NCBI GenBank assembly: GCA_000708835.1
Contig: DF237008.1
Location: forward strand, 62,001-126,000
Direction of reading: 5' to 3'
DNA from: Klebsormidium nitens
Lineage: Eukaryota; Plantae; Klebsormidiophyceae
Length of the DNA stretch: 64,000 nucleotides
The number at the start of each line of letters is the position of its first letter. Positions within the stretch are counted from its first letter, which is position 1. Positions 46,624 to 64,000 of the stretch are shown one piece after another. The translations under genes and the position numbers were made by a program. Below the pieces are notes generated by a model. That model ran no database searches and was not told the DNA's origin. It was given only the letters and a program-made list of their open reading frames with translations.

Positions 46624-49600
46624 ATGCCTCCCGCCAAGGGCAGAGTTGCGGGCCTGAAGAAGGAGGCGGCCGCGGCGCCGCTGACTCCTCAGAGGAAGGC
46701 GCTTGCAGACAAGAACGCGCAGCTGGAGGCTGAGGTAGACAAACTGACCAAGCTTCTGGACGCAGCAGCGCTGGATGCGAAGAGCACGCTCGAGAAGCTG
46801 GATGAGAAGGAGAATGCAAACAAGACGCTGTCTGCGCAAGTGCATAAGCTGCAGAAGGTCCAGGCCTTCAAGCCTCAGCTGGTGAGCAGCTTTTCAATAC
46901 TTGCAAAACCTATTTGGAAGAATGTTTTAGGATACGTATTTCGCCTTCGGTATCGTTCTTTTGCAGCACAGGATTACAAATGAGCAGACTGCTTGCTAAT
47001 TTTGTTGTACATTGCAGAATGGGATCCAATGGAGCAGGGAAAGCATGGTAACATTTGAGTTGGAAGAGAGTGAATGGAGCTGCGCAGCAAATCATTTTGA
47101 TAACGTAGATCCTCTGTCTATCTTGTGTCTCATTTCAGTGACAAGAGCTCACCCATCCTGTGAAAGGACATAATCACAAATTGATGCTGACAACAAAACG
47201 AGTTCCTTCCGGAAAGCATACCTATTCGGGAGCATGAAAACTGGCCATCTAAAAATCTTCCTAGCAGAGTCTTGAAGGGACTCTTCTTTTTTGAGCAAAG
47301 ATGGTCGTTGGGTTGATGCATAGCGTCATAGGATGATATATTATTGGCTTGTGGCTTGTACCATACATGTGGCTATGATTGAAGTATGCTTCGATATGAA
47401 CAATTCTCCATCTCATTGCAGCCAGTAGAGCTCCAGGCTGCTGAGGAAGCTGCCACCAAGAAGGAGAAGAAAGACCCTCGGCAGCCTCACCGACCTCTGT
47501 CTGCCTTTGTCCTGTGGTCCAAGGACCAGCGCCCGCAGGTAATGCAGCTCAAAATACTGCACATTTTCCAAGATGAACTAGCTTTACGCGTTGTTACACT
47601 GCACATTCCCATCATAAAATTTGAAACATTCATCTCAATTTGCGTCTCCTGAGCTAAATGGTGCCAACAGATTAAAGCAGCTCAGCTGTGTTCATTTGCA
47701 TCCATCATGAGCAAGCCTCAAGTGAACGCCGCCTGATCAGTTGCTGTGTCCATTTGTTTGCAGGTCCAGAAGGAGAATCCTGAGGCCAGCTTTGGGGCGC
47801 TCAGCACCCTGCTGGGTGAGAAGTGGAAGAATGTCTCTGCTGAGAAGAAGAAGCCGTACGAGGACCAGGCAAAGTCCCTCAATGACGTGTACAAGGAAGA
47901 GAAGAAGGTGTATGAGCAGGTAAGGCAGGATTGGAGTCTGGACAGATCATCATCATGTACTGCAGCTTAACCTACCAGAGTACTGTATACTTTTGCTCAA
48001 TCAGACTTTTGAAGACTGAGCCAAATATCAAGCTTACCATGGTAGTCTTTCGTGTTCGATTTTTGTTGGCTGCTTGTGTGTCATGGCGCAAGCTATGTCA
48101 GAGATATTGCCTTGACCACGTGCTGCAAACCGGACAAAATCTAAACATTTGTTACTTCGCTGCTGTCAGATCCTGGCAGAGGAGAAGAAAGAGGCAGACG
48201 CCGTCGCTGCTTACCGGCTCGTGCAGAAGGGTCAGGCGCAGGAGGAGCTGTGGAAGCAGTTCGAGACGTACCAACAGGTTAGAGGCCACTTGCTGCAGAC
48301 AGGCAACTTTTGACTCTTTTGTGATTCAGATGAATGCACAGAACATAACGACCTGTCACGTTGGAGAAGATCACTTGGTCCGAATGTTTGCTTCTCGTTC
48401 TAGTGCATGATGTGAAAGAGCCCCAATAAGAAGCGTCTTCTTCCTCAACAGAGAATCCTCAGAGTCTCCCATGAGTGGCTCTACCTTGTGCCCAGTGGCT
48501 TCAACAAGATGCTCTTGGCACGCAAACCTTTCTTGGTCTCATCGAAACACTGTGCTTTTGCAGGAGTTGCAGCAAGTGGTTGGTGCAAAGAAGGAGAAGT
48601 AAGAACCTGCAATTCCGCTCACCTTCCTCCAATTGTCTGAAGCCTCTGTAACTGCACCGCAATTGCAGGCCACCTTTTTCTTGCCAATGATGGAGTGGAA
48701 CCTGTAGATTGATGGATGTTGTATCCCTTTTCTCTTTTACAAGTACTGTTGACCAGTCTCCTCACCATCCGTCCAGCTTCTGTCCCTACGGCTTGATAAA
48801 ACGGTCGCCAAGTCAAGGTTTCTGATCCGTGCCCACCTTGTACTACAGGAAAGAGAAGGATGCTGACAAGCCGAAGCGGCCCCTCACATCCTTCCTGGCC
48901 TTCGCTAACGAGCGGCGCCCGCTGATTGTCAAGAAGGCCGGCGACCAGAAGCTCTCAGTTCCCGAGGTTGGTGCCCTTCTCTTTCCACTGTTTTATACAT
49001 AGGTACACACTTTCGGACAAGCCAGATTCAAGGAATATAGCCAATGCTATTTCTATGCTCTGTTTTCAGATCTCTCAAACGCAAGAAGTGCCTCCTCTCA
49101 ACTGGGGCACCCTCCAATAGACCAATATCACGACTACGTTACTTTGAGGTCTACAGAAGCTTCATATGACGTCTTCTGCCTGCCCACAAGGTGTTTGCTG
49201 TCTTGTACAAAATTGTGAGTGATGTGTTAGAACTTCCACTGCAGGTCGGCAAGCAGCTCGGGGCTGAATGGAACAAGCTGTCTGAAAAGCAGAAGGCCAA
49301 GTACGAGAAGGTAAGGGCACTGAGTTTCGGTATAACGTGTCAGCAGTTGCAGCTTTGCCAGTGCAGACAAAGCACTGGGACAACTTTTACGAATCTCTGT
49401 CTATCTTCGTTTTTCGGAGCATGGAGTGTTCAGCTCTTCCAGGTATTGGAAGGTGCTTATATTGCTTACGAAATTATTCGGCGGCAAGGGGCCTTGCCTC
49501 TTCCAAGAAACGACTCAGCAGATTGTTGCGTTGTCAGGAGAAGTTTCAAGGTTGAAGCACACGCACGATCCTTGATCCTGTTTGTAGCAAGATAGTGAGT

Positions 49601-51777
49601 TGTAACTTTCTTTTCGGTAGCATCTGCAAATGGACTGTTTTCTTGTACTGAGTTGCTGAACTGAACGCCTTGTCTCTCATCGCAGATGGTTGCTGAGGAT
49701 GCTGCCCGTTACAAGACCGAGATGGAGGCATACAAGGCCAAGAAGGAGCAGGTGGAGCCGCTTACCACTGACGAGCATGAGCTCGCCAATATCGAACTCT
49801 GAGAAGTCTTTTCCTGCCGCCAACCCAGAACTCAAGTAACTTGAGTCGTCAAGCCACTTCGTATCGACGCAATAAATGCGCCCTACGTACTGATTCCAGT
49901 TCTCCTAGACTGAGAGTCAGAGAGTCTGTTGCAAACCTGAGAAAGACCTCGTGCCAATACAATGTCTACTTCCGCTGAATCCGGAAGCCACCACTCTTCG
50001 TTCATACTTGACGGGTCGCATTGTTTCTCTCCCTGGCGCGGGCTCTGATTTGTCACCCGTTCTTTGTTGTCTTGAATCAACAGAAGAAGTAAAATGTCAA
50101 CGATATCAACCCAAGCCAAACCTGGCATCCACTGCTTTCCTGCTCGAGTATACTTTTAAGCGCATCTTTTCTTGTCGTAGGCTCCAATCACTGACCCGTC
50201 CTCTGCTGTTCCGAATCCACAGGATGAGCAGGCTGCCAAGGAGGCCCAGAAGGAGCGCAACACGCAGGAGAAGGCGGAGGCGCTCAAGCTGTACAGCCAG
50301 CAGGAGAGGGAGAAGACCGCACTTCAGCTGCTTAAGCAGGTCAGGCGCTCGCAGAAAAGCGTAATAGGCAGATATGCATGGTTTGGGAAACCCTTGAAGT
50401 TGGTCTCAGATTGGTCGACTTGCAAATGCACCACATAAAGGGTTATCGCGTACATCGGGGTCGGACGCTTTGCTGCGCCTGCTAATGAGCTCCCTCTCGT
50501 CATGGTCGCATTGTTAAAGCGAGGTCTGTATTCGTCTAGTCGCAAGCTTCGAAAGACACTCCTTAGAAGGAACGCATCTGCTCCTGACGATTGTTGCCGA
50601 TCGCGTAATTCATATCTGAAACAGGGAGACTTCGTGTTGTCCAACAGGCTTGAGAAGTGAGTTCTTGATGACGTTCTCGAGGTTGCTTCTGACGTGTTCT
50701 GCGGGTTGTTCTTTGGGTCTACAGAAGGAGGCTGCCGACATCGCCAAGGCGAAGCTGGACCGGAAGGAGAAGCGCGAGAGCAAGAAGCGGGACCCCAATA
50801 AGCCCAAGCGCCCCCTCAGTGGTTACCTGCTCTTCAGGTGAGCGCCAGACCAGTCGGCATGCTAGTCCTTCGACCAATCTTGGATCGTATCCATACGTAG
50901 TGTCGGTATTGACTTCATTGCCAACCTTCAGGACGGTTTCCTCATCGTTTCAAACGGTTGCATCTTTTCGGCTGGCCTACCGGTATGGAACTCGAATAGG
51001 AGAAAGCCACTGCAGAAAAGCCGCTGCTCTCCATTTTCTGGAATGGAGCGGCGCTTTTGGGCGAGAAAAATCTACAGAATGGCGACATGGCTTGACTGTC
51101 AATAAGTGTACCTGGCTTGTGAGCAAAGTTTCTTGCGTCTGCAGTCATCTAACGAATCATAGTATCAAAACCAGACGATGTACGAGCATCTTCGATATTT
51201 ACTGCATTTTCTCCTGTAGTAACGAGGTCAGGAACGAGGTCAAGGCCGCTAACCCGGAGGCGACATTCGGACAGCTGGCGACCATCATCGCTGCCAAGTG
51301 GAAGGTGAGAACTGCCAACTGGAGCTTCAGAATTACTTTCTCTCAGCTCTGATTGGCCGTTGCCGGTGACGGGACTGAGTTTATACGAATCAGCTTTGGT
51401 CTTCTTAAGCTGTGTTTTGACTAACTGCAAGCGCATTTTCCACTCCATCCGAGTCATGTCCGATCGCATATGCACAGCTGCCAGGTTATCACCACCTTCG
51501 TGCTGTTTGGCACATCGACCCAGATATTTCTCAAAGGCGATTGGGGATACACGAACATTCGAGCTCTCGCATCCGCTTCAAGACTGGTCAGACTCTAGCA
51601 CTAACCATGTGCTGAGCACGTTCGCCGTCGATTTTGCAGGCTTTGGCCCCGGAACAGCAGGGCCTGTACAACCAGAAGGTGCTCCCTCAATGGCAGCAGT
51701 ACGAGAAGGACATGGAGGCCTACCACTTGACCCTCTACGGATACGGAGAGATGCTCGTCGTTCCCAAGATGGAGTAG
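46624..51777 (+). CDS. 3xHMG-box: 3xHMG-box protein (plant type: basic/coiled-coil N-terminus plus three HMG boxes)
   Basis: Exons 46624-46881, 47422-47538 (KDPRQPHRPLSAFVLW), 47764-47919, 48170-48277, 48564-48598, 48849-48966 (KDADKPKRPLTSFLAF), 49245-49310, 49686-49751, 50223-50339, 50725-50837 (RDPNKPKRPLSGYLLF), 51220-51304, 51640-51777. All GT-AG and phase-consistent. Confidence 0.9.
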
Positions 51778-52479
51778 GGAGAGACCGTCCGGAACGAACG
51801 GGAGTAGGTATCAAGAATTAGCAGCATGTCGAGTTCAACTATATTGTTGAACAGCTTGTGTATCCATAATGATAAAGGAATGGGTGGCTCTTACAGGATT
51901 GAAGTACAGTAGGTACGGGGTTAATGTGTGAACACTGTCAAAGGTTGCAAAGTGTTGTTACTTCGTTGCAACAATAGCTTGTCTTCTTGCAGAACGCGGA
52001 TGGGGTGTGCATACCTGTAGGCCCGGAGGCGAATATTGGTCAAACGCTGCTTGCAGTATATGTACGTCTCTGGACGAAGACATGCTCTAAGGATAGAGCT
52101 ACTTACGAGAACTACTTGCGACCAGTGGTCGACATCGATCAATCTAAGACGATGCTTTGATCGTACATTTAAACGAGAATTGCCAACTAATCTTCTGGCA
52201 GCCCGCCTGATTTGACTTGGATGAGCATCAGCTCAAGCGCGTCATGTGCATGAACCAAAAGTCTGACGAAAGGCCTTGCATATGCTCGATCAGTACAAGG
52301 GACATCACAATAGAATCAATGCCGCAGTGCCCAGGCCTGCATTCGGATCGTCTGCAGGACCACATTTGTACGGTCCAAATTGTCCGCGGTCGACGCGATC
52401 GCCAGAGTCACACATGAACTTGGAAGCTGATTACTTCCGAGAAATATGATCATGCATGAAAGCCTTTTAATACGTGTCG

Positions 52480-53950
52480 ATCACACAAGGCACCTATGGG
52501 GCATTCTGGCCCGTGACACACCGGTCACGGATTTGTCAGACCGCCGTGACCGGGGTGTCGCGCCGGTCTGTCGGGTAGATAACACCCGCGTGCCAACGAA
52601 GCCTACGATTTCTTTAGAAACAGACCTTCAATTCTAAATTCGGCGTTCTTGAAAGGATTCTACACCTGTGCCCGGTAGATGAGATGATATTCCAAGTTTG
52701 GGTATTTGATCAACGCACGGATATACCGTAGCACCTAGGTTGAATCGCAGGTTCTATCAAGTACCCAACACTCCTTTTCAAGCGTACGGATTTGATCGAG
52801 GGATTGTGCGACGCGTGGCTGTTGATGACAGACTCAATGATTGACAATAGTTGTTCTTCGGAGATCGGACGGTGACTGTCAACCATATTTACAATCCGAC
52901 GGCAAGTCGCAAAATTTAAACTTTCACCCGTACGGTGCGGTACATACCGTACCAACACGCCGGTTGGGCAGAAATTAATAATTTTGACANNNNNNNNNNN
53001 NNNNNNNNNNNNNNNNNNNNNNNNNNNNNNNNNNNNNNNNNNNNNNNNNNNNNNNNNNNNNNNNNNNNNNNNNNNNNNNNNNNNNNNNNNNNNNNNNNNN
53101 NNNNNNNNNNNNNNNNNNNNNNNNNNNNNNNNNNNNNNNNNNNNNNNNNNNNNNNNNNNNNNNNNNNNNNNNNNNNNNNNNNNNNNNNNNNNNNNNNNNN
53201 NNNNNNNNNNNNNNNNNNNNNNNNNNNNNNNNNNNNNNNNNNNNNNNNNNNNNNNNNNNNNNNNNNNNNNNNNNNNNNNNNNNNNNNNNNNNNNNNNNNN
53301 NNNNNNNNNNNNNNNNNNNNNNNNNNNNNNNNNNNNNNNNNNNNNNNNNNNNNNNNNNNNNNNNNNNNNNNNNNNNNNNNNNNNNNNNNNNNNNNNNNNN
53401 NNNNNNNNNNNNNNNNNNNNNNNNNNNNNNNNNNNNNNNNNNNNNNNNNNNNNNNNNNNNNNNNNNNNNNNNNNNNNNNNNNNNNNNNNNNNNNNNNNNN
53501 NNNNNNNNNNNNNNNNNNNNNNNNNNNNNNNNNNNNNNNNNNNNNNNNNNNNNNNNNNNNNNNNNNNNNNNNNNNNNNNNNNNNNNNNNNNNNNNNNNNN
53601 NNNNNNNNNNNNNNNNNNNNNNNNNNNNNNNNNNNNNNNNNNNNNNNNNNNNNNNNNNNNNNNNNNNNNNNNNNNNNNNNNNNNNNNNNNNNNNNNNNNN
53701 NNNNNCATCTATGCTTACTCTATTCTAGTAGCTTGTCCAGCATTTTAGAGCATGTGTATCGGTTAAGAATTGAGTAAGATATGTGTTCCTAGGTGCCTTG
53801 CTCAAATTAGGGTTTTATAGTGTAAAACGTGACCCAATTGCTTGCGTAGCTGACACTAAAATTAAAAGTGTGGACACCCGGTCACTTTGCCGCCACCGAT
53901 CGGTCACGGGCCGTGACACGGATGCCCTGCAATCGACGTGAACCGCGTCA
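52480..53950. mobile_element. Possible DNA transposon/MITE relic with imperfect inverted repeats flanking the gap
   Basis: Left GGGCAT..TGGCCCGTGAC..CGGT..GTGACCGGGGTGTC (~52497-52560) resembles the reverse complement of ~53872-53930 (GGGCAT..CGGCCCGTGAC..CGGT..GTGACCGGGTGTC). No transposase seen. Confidence 0.35.
52990..53704. other. Assembly gap (run of N)
   Basis: Unresolved N bases. ORFs spanning it are artefacts. Confidence 1.
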
Positions 53951-54535
53951 CCAGTACCGACGGTACTCTGACGAGTACTGACCGGTTCGACGGTCAACCG
54001 TAACAGCCGGTTTTGCACCCTAGGTGGCTTGTGCAGAGTCCGCGACAAGATCCGACCACATGGGCTGGCATGTGCATCCGATATGTTACATAAAAATAGA
54101 TTCACCGGATGGCATTGAAAGCGAGTCTCAGTGTGCATATAGTAATAGTCCTCCTACGGTACGTCTGGCCAGGCGGTGCCGCCCGCCGGTATCTCTGCAT
54201 TCATGTACATGGGCTGCAGATCATGATTATGCCATCACCGGCAAGGCAATACGTAGCTGAGCAAATGTAGGGCCTTACAATCATGAATGTGTCAGTGTGC
54301 ACAATCCCGTGGCCAGCAGGGCATTGACACTGACAAATAGCTTTCAGTAAATGATCGGTGAAAACCATGGCCCGGGGGTTTTGGCACTCGTCACTTCCGT
54401 CAAAAATATGCTTTCTTGGGTGACAGCCTATAAAAGCGTGTACTGGCATAACCCAAACGTGTCGCAGAAGCTGTTCTTGCAACAGACTTGCAGTAAACTA
54501 TGCACGTACCTGTTGCAAACTCAGTCAGGCTAGGC

Positions 54536-62537
<8,002 letters not shown>

Positions 62538-64000
62538 GGGTTTTATTGAAGATCTTCCCTGACCGCAGGCTCAACACCACAGCTCCGTTTGTTGCTTAAA
62601 ATTATGGCCGATTATAACCTGCGCGGCTGTGCTTTCCTCTTCATGAATTTGCGTGGGCCACCAAAGCCAAGGATCAAAGGCAAAGGCAAAGGCAAGGATC
62701 TGCAATAAAACTTGAAGACAAAGCGTGGGCCATTGGCCATTGCATGGCCATTGTCCGCTAGCGAAAGGGGGAATCTTTTAATTAGGGTTTTGCAGCTGGC
62801 GCGACGGATTCGGAACCCTCCGAGTAGCTTGCTGTGCGGGTCGGGCGGCCGCGCCGCCGCGGCCGGCCGCCTCTGACGCCCGAAAACCAAACAAAACTCA
62901 GACTCACTGAGTCGGACTGTGACAGCTAGTGTGATTGCCTAATTTGATCATGCACTTTGATTTGGTTAGGTAGCTAGACGTTCAAGACCCAAACAATTCC
63001 CATGTATGCCATGGAAGCCTGTGGCCCATGTGGCTACGGCGTTTGAAAAGAGAACATCATGACCATTTTACGATCAATCGTACACTGACCAACCATGTGC
63101 TGCTTGAAAATATAATATTTTAATATGAACCCGGCTCAATTCGAGCTTGAAGCTTGCCCGATTGTGCATGATGTATTGTATGGTTCAACGGTTTAATGAC
63201 AAAGCAAGTACTGACGTTGTTAATCATAGCGTCATCCCATGCTGGCGCAGGCATGCAGCCGCCAGCTCATAAGTATGCGAGCACTCGCGACTAACAATAT
63301 CACCGGTGAATCAAGGGGGTGGTTCTGCGACCACCACGCAGTCAGTACTTAGATGGCTGCATGCACGCGATTGACAAAGATGAACAGAGAATGCGCATTG
63401 GACGTCGACAGGACACACAAAACAAACCATGGATGACACAAAGAAACTTTACTTATAATCTTCAGCAGCAAAAGTCGGAGGGCCTTGAATACGGTTTTTG
63501 AGTTGTGGTGGCCGCACTGCTTCTGATTACAAGATTGATCCTGATGAATTGCCTAAGCGAACTCAGTCTCTTTCAATTCAGCAGTTTGTGCTCAACTTCC
63601 CAGGGTCTCAAGCAATCACCACCACCAAGGGCATCGGTTCTCGACCACCCATGCCAAACCTGATCAACTGTCAATGCCAGATTAAGCGTTGGAAGAGTCG
63701 CACTGTGAGCGTGACACACATGCAGCGGATCATACTACTAGTGACTGCTAAGTACTATTAGAGCCATTTGCCCGACCCAAAAGCTTTGGGGGTGGCTATG
63801 GCAATCGACTCCTTCTGGCCCCGACGCGTCCCTCTTGCGCCTCCTATACAAGCAGGCTTTTGTTTCCAATAGTAGCGAACAACTTGAGGCCCAAAATCGA
63901 TGCCACGAACAGTTTCGGAGACAGCTGGAAACCTTGGAACCACCATAACCTAACGGACTTGATCTCTGTAAAGCACCCCGTTTGCAGTTGAGGGAATCAA

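Noticed and set aside
52710-53777. Three long ORFs of 254-332 aa
   Set aside because: They consist mainly of X residues from the N gap.
63319-63946. Short ORFs at the right edge, including a GIDFG motif
   Set aside because: They are too short and lack supporting motifs; no gene call can be supported.

Overview
Eukaryotic nuclear DNA from an intron-rich, GC-rich green-plant-lineage genome. The gene set and intron style suggest a streptophyte alga such as Klebsormidium; this is inference, not verified. All exon structures were traced by hand across GT-AG junctions. Genes in order: a 3'-truncated nucleotide-sugar/sugar-phosphate translocator (-), WDR74/Nsa1-like WD40 protein (+), frame-disrupted EID1-like F-box gene (-), degenerate tRNA-Ile-like element (-), IGPS(TrpC)-like TIM-barrel protein with substituted catalytic lysines (+), AWPM-19-like membrane protein (-), GAUT (GT8) galacturonosyltransferase (-), cystathionine gamma-synthase (-), PPR protein (+), NADAR/YbiA-like pseudogene (-), 3xHMG-box protein (+), an assembly gap, and dolichyl-phosphate GlcNAc-1-P transferase GPT/ALG7 (-). 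The most striking unexplained structure is in the introns of five unrelated genes (translocator, WDR74, CGS, PPR, GPT). They contain tandem arrays of about 100-195 bp units, each a decayed copy of the neighbouring exon-intron junction (splice site plus 40-80 nt of exon). There are up to 4-5 copies per junction, generally more decayed with distance from the functional junction.
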